From assembly GCA_964578585.1 (NCBI GenBank), contig CAZODM010000003.1, positions 1-56,644 of the forward strand: a DNA stretch of 56,644 nucleotides. Reading direction: 5' to 3'. Positions 1-10,947 of this stretch are shown piece by piece. The position numbers were made by a program, and so were the translations under genes. How positions within the stretch are numbered: position 1 is the stretch's first letter; the number at the start of each line of letters is the position of its first letter. This DNA comes from an uncultured Desulfobacterales bacterium. Lineage in GTDB: Bacteria; Desulfobacterota; Dissulfuribacteria; Dissulfuribacterales; JAMONC01. The notes below the pieces were generated by a model, which saw only the letters and a list, made by a program, of their open reading frames with translations, searched no databases and was not told where the DNA came from.

Positions 1-62
1 ATAAAAAACTGGAAGAGCTCTCTGAACTTGCAAAAGAGTCTTCAGAGTCTGAAAAGAAATAA
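1..62 (+). CDS. 3' end of a truncated CDS (...KKLEELSELAKESSESEKK*), product unknown
   Basis: Open frame runs off the left edge; stop TAA at 60-62; followed by a strong hairpin terminator. Confidence 0.3.
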   Translation, partial: KKLEELSELAKESSESEKK

Positions 63-111
63 AGAATCTTATAACCGCTCTATTATCTGAAATATTTTAT
101 GACAATTTTGG

Positions 112-145
112 GGAGGGAGACCCTAAATGTCTCCCTCCTTTTTTT
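112..145 (+). terminator. Rho-independent terminator between convergent genes
   Basis: GGAGGGAGAC (112-121) pairs with GTCTCCCTCC (129-138); 7-nt loop; T7 run at 139-145; serS stop codon lies at 148-150 on the other strand. Confidence 0.8.
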
Positions 146-147
146 GT

Positions 148-2140
<1,993 letters not shown>

Positions 2141-2152
2141 TAAACTTAGACT

Positions 2153-4846
2153 TTATTTAAGCCAAAGCTCTACTTTTACTAATTCTGGGTCTTCAGATGG
2201 GATTCTTTTAAAGCCCAGGGATTCTGCAAGTCCAATCATAGGCTTATTTTCTCTAAGTATTGTCATTTCAATACGTTTTAGATTTTTTTCTTTTGCAACA
2301 ATTAAGCAGTACTTAGCAAGTGTCTTACCAATGCCTTGTCCTTGCCACTTATCTGCTACAACAAATGCCATTTCCGCAGACTCTCCATCTATAAATTGTG
2401 TAATTCTGCCTACACCAATGATCTTTTTCTGTCCATCTTCTTCTATTTCTGCAACAAGTGCAATTTCTCTATCATAATCTACATGGCAGTATCTAACCAT
2501 TTCCTCATGAGGAAGTTCTTTAATAGGACTAAAAAATCTCATTCTAATAGAGTGTTCTGAGAGTTCTGAGAATAATTGATATAAAAGGGGTTCATCTTCT
2601 GGTCTTATAGGTCTTACAGTGTAAGGGCGTCCATTTTTCATATATTCTGTACCAATGTAATGACAAGGGTAAGGACAAATTGCTAAATGATCTGGACAAC
2701 AGTTTCCTCTAGGTATACATCCTCTTGTTAAGACATCATCTTCCAATATTATAAGTGCATCAAGGCACACGCCGTCTTTTGTCCCTAAATAAAATGGGTT
2801 TATGTCGATCTCTCTAATTTGAGGAAAGTCAATCACAAGTTGAGAAAATCTTATTAAGACCTCTTCCATAAATTCTAAGTTTAGGGGTCTTCTCGTAGTA
2901 TCTTTAAAGAGTTTATAGATTTTTGTCTCTTCTATTAGTCTTTTGGCAAGGGTTTCATTAAGAGGTGGTAAGCCAACAGCATAGTCTCTAATAATTTCTA
3001 TCATTCGTCCACCCATACCAAATAGTATAACAGAGCCAAAGGTAGGATCCTTTTTAGCACCTAATGCAAGCTCTGCTCCTTGCCATTTAATCATTGGATG
3101 TACTGTAACTCCATTAAATCTAGCATTAGGCATATATTTTTTGAGGTTTTCTTTTATCTTATTGAAGGCAGGGATGATTGCATCTTCATATAAATTTAGA
3201 AATACCCCACCCACATCTCCTCTGTGCATAACATCAGGTGATTCTACCTTAAGTGCAACAGGAAATCCAAGTTCTCTTGCCGCATTTAGTGCTTCTTCTT
3301 CATCTTTAGCAAGTCTTACTGGTGGAGATTTTATATTGTAGGCTTGAAGTACCTGTTTAGCTTCTACTTCACCTAATACTAAAGAGCGCTTTTTTGCTGC
3401 TTCATTAATGATTTCTTCTACTCGTTTAATATCTGGCTGAAAGTCCTCTATAATACCTGCTGGTGTTTCGTATAAAAGTTTTAAATTTCTGTTGTAGTTA
3501 TACATGTAAATGAAGCTTTTTATCCCCTGTTCTGGTGCGACAAAGGCAGGAATCCCCTTTTCACTTAGTATACTTCTGCCTACACTTACTTCTTCTGTTC
3601 CCATCCATGTAGCTAGGATTGGTTTTTTGGGTGCTCTTTTTATAGATTTTGTAATGGCTTGGGCAGTTCCTATGGGGTCTGTATTCATTTGGGATGTAAG
3701 TATTACTAATATCCCTTCTACATTTTTGTCTTTCAAAAGTACTTCAATGGTTTTAGCAAATCTCTCTGGATCTGCATCAGAGAGTAGGTCTACAGGATTG
3801 CCTGGATTCCAATGTTTGGGTAAAAACTCATTTAATTTTTCAATTGTATCAGAGGAAAGAGGAGCTAGTTTTCCGCCTAATCTAAATAGCGTATCTGTTG
3901 CAAGAAGTGCAGGTCCCCCTGCATTTGTAATTATGGCAAGGTGATTACCTGAGGGTGTTGGTTGTTTAGCAAGGGCTTCTGATAGATGGAAAAGATCAAG
4001 GACTTCTTCAACCCTTACCATCCCTGCTCTTTTAAATACAGCATCATATACCCTGTCTTCACCAGCAAGATTACCTGTATGTGTAAAGCAAGCATGTGCT
4101 GATTCAGCAAATCTTCCGCCCTTTACAACAATTATTGGTTTGGCTCTAGAAAAGGCTCTAGCAGCACTTATAAATTTTCTACCATTTGTTACAGAATCTA
4201 TATAGAGTACAATACCTCTGGTTTCTGGATCAACTCCAAGAAAGTCTATAAGGTCTGCAAAGTCTATATCTACTTGGCTACCAAGCGCAATAAATGTAGA
4301 AAACCCCACATGTTTTTTTGCTGACCAGTCAAGGATAGCAGATGCGAGTGTAGAGCTTTGAGATATAAAAGCAAGCCTTCCACTAGATAATTTATTTCTA
4401 CTCGTACTTAAGTTTAGTTTAAGTCTTGGTCTTATAAAGCCTAGGCTATTTGGACCAAGACATCTTATTCCATACTTCTGGCATGTAAGTTTAATTTCTT
4501 TTAATATTTTATCAGGGAATTTTACCCTATGTCTAAAGTCTGGAGCTGGGATTAATATGGCTTTTACACCCTTTTGTCCACATGCTTCTATATGATAGAT
4601 AAGCTGATCTATAGGTGTTGCAATAACAGCTAAATCTATATCTTTTTTAATATCCCGAATATCTTTATATGCTTCTATTCCTCTTACAGATTCACGAGTA
4701 GGGTGTACAGGATATACTGTGCCAGTGTATCCCTCACTTACTATATTTTTTAGGATTACACCTCCAACTGTATCTGTCCTATCACTTGCTCCAATTATGG
4801 CAATACGATTAGGTTTTAAAAGATTATTAAGATAATGTGTTCCCAT
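2153..4846 (-). CDS. Pat/Pka-type protein acetyltransferase: ADP-forming acyl-CoA synthetase-like domains fused to a C-terminal GNAT
   Basis: 897 aa; CoA-binding N-terminus (RIAIIGASDR), succinyl-CoA-synthetase-like and ATP-grasp regions; C-terminal GNAT motif QGQGIGKTLA. Confidence 0.85.
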   Translation of the reverse strand: MGTHYLNNLLKPNRIAIIGASDRTDTVGGVILKNIVSEGYTGTVYPVHPTRESVRGIEAYKDIRDIKKDIDLAVIATPIDQLIYHIEACGQKGVKAILIPAPDFRHRVKFPDKILKEIKLTCQKYGIRCLGPNSLGFIRPRLKLNLSTSRNKLSSGRLAFISQSSTLASAILDWSAKKHVGFSTFIALGSQVDIDFADLIDFLGVDPETRGIVLYIDSVTNGRKFISAARAFSRAKPIIVVKGGRFAESAHACFTHTGNLAGEDRVYDAVFKRAGMVRVEEVLDLFHLSEALAKQPTPSGNHLAIITNAGGPALLATDTLFRLGGKLAPLSSDTIEKLNEFLPKHWNPGNPVDLLSDADPERFAKTIEVLLKDKNVEGILVILTSQMNTDPIGTAQAITKSIKRAPKKPILATWMGTEEVSVGRSILSEKGIPAFVAPEQGIKSFIYMYNYNRNLKLLYETPAGIIEDFQPDIKRVEEIINEAAKKRSLVLGEVEAKQVLQAYNIKSPPVRLAKDEEEALNAARELGFPVALKVESPDVMHRGDVGGVFLNLYEDAIIPAFNKIKENLKKYMPNARFNGVTVHPMIKWQGAELALGAKKDPTFGSVILFGMGGRMIEIIRDYAVGLPPLNETLAKRLIEETKIYKLFKDTTRRPLNLEFMEEVLIRFSQLVIDFPQIREIDINPFYLGTKDGVCLDALIILEDDVLTRGCIPRGNCCPDHLAICPYPCHYIGTEYMKNGRPYTVRPIRPEDEPLLYQLFSELSEHSIRMRFFSPIKELPHEEMVRYCHVDYDREIALVAEIEEDGQKKIIGVGRITQFIDGESAEMAFVVADKWQGQGIGKTLAKYCLIVAKEKNLKRIEMTILRENKPMIGLAESLGFKRIPSEDPELVKVELWLK

Positions 4847-4879
4847 AAAATATTCTCTCCTCTCTCTCCCTAGCTAACT

Positions 4880-6424
4880 TTAGGCTGCTTTTTTGTCAAA
4901 TCCTCTATATTGAACTGCTTCTGCAACGTGTTCTACTTCAATATTTTTAGAACCTGCAAGGTCTGCTATTGTTCTGGCAATCTTTAAAATTCTGTGATAG
5001 GCTCTAGCACTTAGAGCTAATTTTTGAGCTGCCACACCCAAAAAGTTAGACGCTCCTTTTGATAAATTGCAATATTTTCTAATTTGTTCAGGACCCATTT
5101 GGGCATTACAATATATAGAGGTGCCTTTAAATCTATTTGTCTGTATTTTTCTACAATTTTTTACCCTTTCTCTTATGGTTTTTGAGTCTTCTCCTCTTCT
5201 TTGTGTAGTTAGATCTTTATATTCTACAGCAGGAACTTCTATATGCAGATCTATTCTATCCAGTAAAGGACCAGAAATTTTATCCCTATATCTTTGAATC
5301 TGTCTTGGATGACATGTACAAGGATGTCTTGGATCACCTAGGTGTCCACAAGGACATGGGTTTTGTGAACATACAAGTGTCATGCGCGCAGGAAACGTAA
5401 GGGTTAAACTGACTCTTGAAATAGTTACTACTCCGTCTTCTAATGGTTGTCTTAAACACTCTAATACATTCTTTCTGAACTCTGGCAATTCGTCAAGGAA
5501 TAAAACACCATTATGGGCAAGGCTAACTTCCCCTGGCTTTGGTACAGTCCCTCCTCCAATAAGTCCTGCATCAGATATAGAATGATGTGGAGACCTAAAT
5601 GGACGTTTTGTAATAAGTGCTTTATTGGAATCCAAAAGTCCTGCTACAGAATATACAGTTGTTGTTTCTATTGCCTCTTCATAGGTTAGTGGAGGTAGGA
5701 TTGTAGGGAGTCTTCTTGCAAGCATTGTTTTCCCTGATCCTGGAGGGCCTGTCATTAATATATTGTGTCCACCTGAAGCAGCTACTTCTAGAGCCCTTTT
5801 GGCCTGTTCTTGTCCTATTACATCATAAAAATCTATATGTTCATCTGTTTCATCTTCAAAGAGTGAATTTATATCAAGTTTAGTAGGCGGAATTTCTAGT
5901 TCACCCCTTAAAAAACCAACTAATTCACTTAGATTAGATACTGCAAATACATCTATACCTTGTACTACAGCCGCTTCATTAGCATTTTCTTTTGGGACAA
6001 TAATGCCTTTAAATTTATTAGAGTGTGCTGCTCCCATGGTAAGAGGTAGTATCCCACGTGTAGGACGAAGTCTTCCATCAAGAGATAACTCACCTGCAAG
6101 CACAAACTTTTTAAGAATATCTTGTTTTATAACACCAGATACACAAAGTAGGGCTGCTGCTATAGGAAGATCTAGGCTTGTTCCTTCTTTTTTCATATCT
6201 GCAGGGGCTAGGTTTAAGATTATCTTTTGGGTAGGAAACGGATAGCCTGAGTTTTTTATAGCAGATTTTACTCGTTCTCTACTTTCCTTAACAGCACTTT
6301 CTGCAAGTCCTACAATTGTGAAACCAGGAAGTCCTGCAGATACGTCTGCTTCTACGAGCACAAAAAAGGCGTTAATACCAAGTGTTACACCACCAGTTGA
6401 AGTTGAAAGCATATATTTCTCCAT
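4880..6424 (-). CDS. comM: YifB/ComM family Mg-chelatase-like AAA+ ATPase
   Basis: 514 aa; Lon-protease-like N-domain; Walker A GPPGSGKTM; Walker B LFLDELPEF; Cys-rich insert CPCGHLGDPRHPCTC. The real start may be the second ATG (6412), which has a GGAG 6 nt upstream. Confidence 0.9.
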   Translation of the reverse strand: MEKYMLSTSTGGVTLGINAFFVLVEADVSAGLPGFTIVGLAESAVKESRERVKSAIKNSGYPFPTQKIILNLAPADMKKEGTSLDLPIAAALLCVSGVIKQDILKKFVLAGELSLDGRLRPTRGILPLTMGAAHSNKFKGIIVPKENANEAAVVQGIDVFAVSNLSELVGFLRGELEIPPTKLDINSLFEDETDEHIDFYDVIGQEQAKRALEVAASGGHNILMTGPPGSGKTMLARRLPTILPPLTYEEAIETTTVYSVAGLLDSNKALITKRPFRSPHHSISDAGLIGGGTVPKPGEVSLAHNGVLFLDELPEFRKNVLECLRQPLEDGVVTISRVSLTLTFPARMTLVCSQNPCPCGHLGDPRHPCTCHPRQIQRYRDKISGPLLDRIDLHIEVPAVEYKDLTTQRRGEDSKTIRERVKNCRKIQTNRFKGTSIYCNAQMGPEQIRKYCNLSKGASNFLGVAAQKLALSARAYHRILKIARTIADLAGSKNIEVEHVAEAVQYRGFDKKAA

Positions 6425-6478
6425 ATAGAAACAATAGACTATCTTTTAAATCGGATAAATCTAGGGTGTGGTTCAATA

Positions 6479-6528
6479 GTAACAATAAAATGCTTTATTA
6501 AAAACTTTAAAGTTTTAGGGATTGTTAC
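6479..6528. promoter_or_regulatory. Nested inverted repeat with a perfect 16-bp palindrome (candidate operator) in the comM/perR-like divergent region
   Basis: GTAACAAT (6479-6486) pairs with ATTGTTAC (6521-6528); these enclose AAAACTTTAAAGTTTT (6501-6516), a perfect palindrome. Confidence 0.45.
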
Positions 6529-6562
6529 GATATAAAAATTGTAGTCTCATATAGTTTTTTTG

Positions 6563-6592
6563 TTGACAAAACTTTAAGAATTATTTTATATT
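6563..6592 (+). promoter_or_regulatory. Sigma-70-type promoter candidate for the Fur/PerR-like regulator operon
   Basis: TTGACA (6563-6568), 18-nt spacer, TATATT (6587-6592); about 70 nt upstream of the ATG at 6661. Confidence 0.5.
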
Positions 6593-6633
6593 AATAATAA
6601 AAATAATTATTAAAAACAAATAAGAATTATTTT
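6575..6633 (+). repeat. 13-bp direct repeat TAAGAATTATTTT (x2) flanking a 10-bp palindrome AATAATTATT; Fur/PerR-box-like operator candidates
   Basis: Identical 13-mers at 6575-6587 (inside the promoter spacer) and 6621-6633; palindrome at 6602-6611. Confidence 0.45.
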
Positions 6634-6660
6634 TAAATAAATTTAATTAGGATATATTTT

Positions 6661-7065
6661 ATGAGAATGACAAGCCAAAGAGAGATAATTTTAGAAGAAC
6701 TTAGAAACACGAAGTCTCATCCTACTGCTGAGGAACTTTATTTAAAGGTAAAGAGGCGTCTTCCTAGGATAAGTCTTGCCACAGTTTATAGAAATTTAGA
6801 AAAGATGGTTGAATTAGGACTTATTCAAAAGATTGCAACCTCTGGGCATCAAAGCCGTTTTGATGGGAATCCAAATTTTCACTATCACATTCGATGTATA
6901 CACTGTGGAAAAGTAGATGACCTTCCGATAAGACCTATTAAAGCTTTAGAGAATCCAGAAAATATAGAATTGGATGGAGATCTAGGGGGATATAAGCTTG
7001 TTGGTTTTCATCTCGAGTTCTTAGGGGTTTGTCCTGAATGCATAAATAAAACAGAAAATAACTAA
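6661..7065 (+). CDS. Fur-family transcriptional regulator, PerR-like by context
   Basis: 134 aa; winged-helix motif SLATVYRNL; HYHIRCIHCGKV and CPEC (two CxxC structural Zn pairs); heads an oxidative-stress gene cluster. Confidence 0.85.
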   Translation: MRMTSQREIILEELRNTKSHPTAEELYLKVKRRLPRISLATVYRNLEKMVELGLIQKIATSGHQSRFDGNPNFHYHIRCIHCGKVDDLPIRPIKALENPENIELDGDLGGYKLVGFHLEFLGVCPECINKTENN

Positions 7066-7087
7066 AAAACAAAAAAGGAGGACTGGT

Positions 7088-7660
7088 ATGAGTATTAAAG
7101 GAACAAAAACAGAAAAGAATCTCTTAACAGCATTTGCAGGAGAGTCTCAGGCAAGAAACAGATACACCTATTTTGCAAGTCAGGCCAAAAAGGAAGGCTA
7201 TGTACAAATAGCAGCTATCTTTCAAGAAACAGCAGATCAGGAAAAGGAACATGCTAAAAGACTCTTTAAATTTTTAGAAGGAGGAGAGGTAGAAATTAGT
7301 GCATCTTTCCCTGCAGGGGTAATTGGTTCAACACTTGAAAATCTTAAGGCTGCAGCAGAGGGTGAACACTATGAGCATGAAACCATGTATCCAGAATTTG
7401 CAAAAGTAGCACGCGAAGAAGGATTTGAAGAGATTGCCGCTGTTTTTGAGGCTATTGCAGTAGCAGAGAAACAGCATGAAAAACGTTATAAGGATCTGGC
7501 TGCCAATATAGAGGCAGGAAAGGTCTTTAAACGTGATGAAGAGGTGGTTTGGCGTTGTAGGAACTGTGGATATGTACATAAGGGTACAGAACCCCCAGAG
7601 ACCTGCCCTGCATGTGCACATCCAAAGGCATATTTTGAGCTTTTAGGAGAGAATTGGTAA
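7088..7660 (+). CDS. rbr: Rubrerythrin
   Basis: 190 aa; diiron four-helix-bundle ExxH motifs (EKEHAK, EGEHYEH, EKQHEK); C-terminal rubredoxin-like CRNCG...CPAC; RBS AAGGAGG upstream. Confidence 0.95.
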   Translation: MSIKGTKTEKNLLTAFAGESQARNRYTYFASQAKKEGYVQIAAIFQETADQEKEHAKRLFKFLEGGEVEISASFPAGVIGSTLENLKAAAEGEHYEHETMYPEFAKVAREEGFEEIAAVFEAIAVAEKQHEKRYKDLAANIEAGKVFKRDEEVVWRCRNCGYVHKGTEPPETCPACAHPKAYFELLGENW

Positions 7661-7694
7661 TTCATCAGGTCATTACGGGGAAAGGGGGAGGCGT

Positions 7695-9044
7695 ATGCGC
7701 TACCTAGTTTCTAAACTTTTTATGTCTTTGGCTGTAATAGCCTTTGTTGCTTATCCATTTATTACTTATGGAGCAAAAGAGGGTAGTTTTTCCTACCACG
7801 ATTTTAAAAAACCTACTAGATGCGCTGCTTGCCACAAAAATATTTATAGAGAGTGGAAGCAGAGCATGATGTCTAAATCATTTACACATGACTGGGATGA
7901 TGTTGAGTATTATAAATTGGCACTACCTCATGCTAAGAAGCTAGCTAAAGTTGCAGGAGTAAAGGCTGGCTGTATTGCTTGTCATGCCCCACTTGCATTT
8001 TTGGCTGGAGATATCCCTCCTAAACCCCCTAAGGCAGGAACTAGAGCTAATGAGGGGGTAAGCTGTGAGATATGTCACCATATTGTTGGCTCTACAGAAA
8101 AGGAACCATACAACTTTAGCTTTATTATAAAGCCAGGAAACACTATGAATGGTCCTAGAAAGGGCGTTAAGTCTCCAGCACATAAGGTGGTTTATTCTAA
8201 GTTCTTAAGAAGTGCTCGTTTTTGTGCAACATGTCATGATGAAAAGGATCCTTATGGTGTTTGGGTAAAGGAGACATATAGAGAGTGGAAGGCAGGTCCC
8301 TATGCAAAAGAGGGTGTTACTTGCCAGCAGTGTCATATGTATAGGGCAAAAGGTAGAGCTGCTACTATGGGTAAGATGCGCAATAATTTTGCACATCATG
8401 TTTTCCATGGCTCTCATTTTGCTAGCATGTTAAGGGGTGCGGTAAATCTTGCACTCTATCCAAGAACTACAAGGGTTGCTCGAGGTTCTAGACTTAGATT
8501 TAAAGCAATCTTGTTTAATGGCAAGGTTGGTCACTACATCCCATCTGGTTCTACAGAAGAAAGGATGTTGTGGCTTGAGGTGTGGGCAATTGATGCTAAG
8601 GGGCATAAATATGCCATTCCTGTTCAGCCTAAGGGCTTTAAGGGTGAGAAGTATACTATAGCTAATTCTCATGCCTTAGCATACCAAGCTATAGGTGAAA
8701 TAATGGGCATTAAGCACTTTAAGGGATTAAAAAGGGATGGCGATGTGCCAAATGGTGCCAGGATCTTTAGAAAACCATTCTTTGATCCGAAAGGTAGAAT
8801 GACAATATGTCAATGGTATACAGTGAATAATACTTTGGTGGATTATAGGATTGGTCCTCGTCAGACCAAGATAGAACACTATATTTGGAAGGTGCCCAGA
8901 AAGGTTAGAGGTCCTGTTAAAATAGTTGCAAAACTCTATTACAGCCAAGTTCCAAGTTCGGTTGGAAAGTTCTTGCACCTTTCAAAACATGACTACGAGC
9001 CGATACTAGTAAATAAAGCTAGTTTTGTTGTGAATATTAAATAA
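7695..9044 (+). CDS. Exported pentahaem c-type cytochrome with a non-haem C-terminal domain
   Basis: 449 aa; N-terminal signal/anchor; five CxxCH motifs (CAACH, CIACH, CEICH, CATCH, CQQCH), all in the first ~215 aa. Confidence 0.8.
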   Translation: MRYLVSKLFMSLAVIAFVAYPFITYGAKEGSFSYHDFKKPTRCAACHKNIYREWKQSMMSKSFTHDWDDVEYYKLALPHAKKLAKVAGVKAGCIACHAPLAFLAGDIPPKPPKAGTRANEGVSCEICHHIVGSTEKEPYNFSFIIKPGNTMNGPRKGVKSPAHKVVYSKFLRSARFCATCHDEKDPYGVWVKETYREWKAGPYAKEGVTCQQCHMYRAKGRAATMGKMRNNFAHHVFHGSHFASMLRGAVNLALYPRTTRVARGSRLRFKAILFNGKVGHYIPSGSTEERMLWLEVWAIDAKGHKYAIPVQPKGFKGEKYTIANSHALAYQAIGEIMGIKHFKGLKRDGDVPNGARIFRKPFFDPKGRMTICQWYTVNNTLVDYRIGPRQTKIEHYIWKVPRKVRGPVKIVAKLYYSQVPSSVGKFLHLSKHDYEPILVNKASFVVNIK

Positions 9045-9075
9045 GAAGAGAGCGCATAAGTAGACATATCTAGAT

Positions 9076-9109
9076 GCCACAGAGGTTTTCCCTCACCTCT
9101 GTGGCTTTT
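9076..9109 (+). terminator. Intra-cluster hairpin (partial terminator, attenuator or RNA-processing element)
   Basis: GCCACAGAGGT (9076-9086) pairs with ACCTCTGTGGC (9095-9105); 8-nt loop; TTTT at 9106-9109; only 32 nt before the dfx ATG. Confidence 0.55.
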
Positions 9110-9137
9110 AGATCAGGAGCCATCTTAAGGAGGAGTC

Positions 9138-9515
9138 ATGACAAAGAGACTAGAGATTTATAAGTGTAATGTATGTGGAAATATGGTGGAAGTCATTCAT
9201 GAAGGAAAGGGCGAGCTTGTTTGCTGTGGTAAGCCAATGGATCTTTTGACAGAAAATAGTGTTGATGCTGCTAAAGAAAAACATGTGCCCGTTATTGAAA
9301 AAACCGCAAATGGCTATCAGGTAAAGGTTGGCTCCGTAGATCATCCAATGGATGAAAAGCACTATATAGAATGGATTGAACTTATATCTGGAAATAAGGC
9401 ATTTAGGATCTTTTTAACCCCAGGTGGAGCACCTACAGCAACATTTGAAATTAGTAGTGATAACACAGTAACAGCAAGAGAATATTGCAATCTTCATGGA
9501 TTGTGGAAGGCATAG
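9138..9515 (+). CDS. dfx: Desulfoferrodoxin (2Fe superoxide reductase)
   Basis: 125 aa; N-terminal desulforedoxin cysteines (CNVCG...CCG); centre II ligands (KHVP, DHPM, KHYIEW, CNLHG). Confidence 0.95.
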   Translation: MTKRLEIYKCNVCGNMVEVIHEGKGELVCCGKPMDLLTENSVDAAKEKHVPVIEKTANGYQVKVGSVDHPMDEKHYIEWIELISGNKAFRIFLTPGGAPTATFEISSDNTVTAREYCNLHGLWKA

Positions 9516-9549
9516 TTTTAATTCTATTTAGTTAAGAAGAGGTGAAATT

Positions 9550-9714
9550 ATGAAAAAGTATAAGTGTTCTATTTGTGGGTATGTTTATGATCCATCTGTT
9601 GGGGATGAAAATGCAGGTATTTCATCATCTACAGCTTTTGAAGATCTTCCAGATGATTGGATTTGTCCTATCTGTGGTGCCACAAAGGATCAATTTGAAC
9701 CAGCAGAGGAATAA
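9550..9714 (+). CDS. rub: Rubredoxin (54 aa; below the ORF-track size cutoff)
   Basis: Hand translation: [54 protein letters not shown]; two CxxCG knuckles; RBS GAGGTG upstream. Confidence 0.9.
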   Translation: MKKYKCSICGYVYDPSVGDENAGISSSTAFEDLPDDWICPICGATKDQFEPAEE

Positions 9715-9747
9715 CCCCATTGTGGCTCTAGGAGTGAGGAGTGAGGG

Positions 9748-10947
9748 ATGAAGACTATAGAGATAAAAAAGGACATATACTGGGTCGGTGCTGTAGACTG
9801 GGATGTAAGAGACTTTCATGGTTATTCCACATATAAAGGGACTACATATAATGCCTATTTGATATTGGATGATAAGATTACTCTAATCGACACTGTTAAA
9901 AAGGAGTTTAAGGGTGATCTAATACATAAAATAAGAGGCATAATCCCACCTGAAAAGATAGACTATATTGTTGTAAATCATGTAGAGATGGACCATACTG
10001 GATGCCTTCCTGAGATTATAGATATTGTAAGACCTGAAAAGATTATTTGTTCTGATATGGGTAGAAAGGCTCTTATTGCCCATTTTCATAGAGAGGATTG
10101 GCCATATCATGTTGTAGGCTCTGGCGATAAGATAAGTCTTGGGAGGCGTTCTTTAGAGTTTATAGAGACAAGGATGCTTCATTGGCCAGATAGTATGTTT
10201 TCTTATGTGCCAGAAGAAGGGCTTTTATTCTCTAATGATGCTTTTGGTGAACATCTAGCAAGTAGTGAACGTTTTGATGATGAAGTAGCTATAGGTGAGC
10301 TAATAAGACATGCAGCTAAATATTATGCCAATATTATTCTACTTTACTCTCGACTTGTAAAAAAACAGCTAGAAAACCTTGAACAGCTAGGCCTTAAGAT
10401 AGACATGATTGCGCCAGATCATGGTCTTATCTGGAGGTCTCATACTAAAGACATATTAGAGGCATATCACAATTGGTGTAATAACAAGAGCATAGAGAAG
10501 GCTTTAGTCATCTATGATACTATGTGGCACAGTACAGAGATGATGGCTAAGGCTATAAGTGATGGGATTGAAAGAGAAGGGGTTAGTGTCAAACTCTATA
10601 ATTTAGAGGTTAACCACAGGTCTGATATTATGACCGAGGTACTTGATACAAGGGCAATAGTCTTAGGCTCTCCCACTTTAAATAATGGAATCTTACCTTC
10701 TATGGCTGGATTTTTGAACTACATGAAAGGCCTAAAGCCTGGTGCCAAGATAGGAGCAGCATTTGGTTCTTATGGATGGAGTGGAGAGAGCGTAAAGATT
10801 ATGAGCCAATATATGAAGGATATGAAGTTTAATATTATTGAGCCTGGGCTTAGATTTCAATATGTACCTACACATGAGCAGTTAAAAGAGTGTGTAGGGT
10901 TTGGTAGACGTATTGGCAGAGCAATCAAAGAGGGCATAGGTGGATAA
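9748..10947 (+). CDS. roo: Flavodiiron protein (rubredoxin:oxygen/NO oxidoreductase)
   Basis: 399 aa; metallo-beta-lactamase-like domain with HVEMDH (HxExDH) diiron motif; C-terminal flavodoxin domain; classic dfx-rub-roo order. Confidence 0.9.
   Translation: MKTIEIKKDIYWVGAVDWDVRDFHGYSTYKGTTYNAYLILDDKITLIDTVKKEFKGDLIHKIRGIIPPEKIDYIVVNHVEMDHTGCLPEIIDIVRPEKIICSDMGRKALIAHFHREDWPYHVVGSGDKISLGRRSLEFIETRMLHWPDSMFSYVPEEGLLFSNDAFGEHLASSERFDDEVAIGELIRHAAKYYANIILLYSRLVKKQLENLEQLGLKIDMIAPDHGLIWRSHTKDILEAYHNWCNNKSIEKALVIYDTMWHSTEMMAKAISDGIEREGVSVKLYNLEVNHRSDIMTEVLDTRAIVLGSPTLNNGILPSMAGFLNYMKGLKPGAKIGAAFGSYGWSGESVKIMSQYMKDMKFNIIEPGLRFQYVPTHEQLKECVGFGRRIGRAIKEGIGG

Noticed and set aside
7328-9362. Minus-strand ORFs inside rubrerythrin, the cytochrome and dfx (7328-7621, 7941-8183, 8205-8417, 8430-8672, 8727-8978, 9150-9362), and the + strand alternate-frame ORF 8449-8661
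   Set aside because: All overlap confidently assigned genes and have no motif support.
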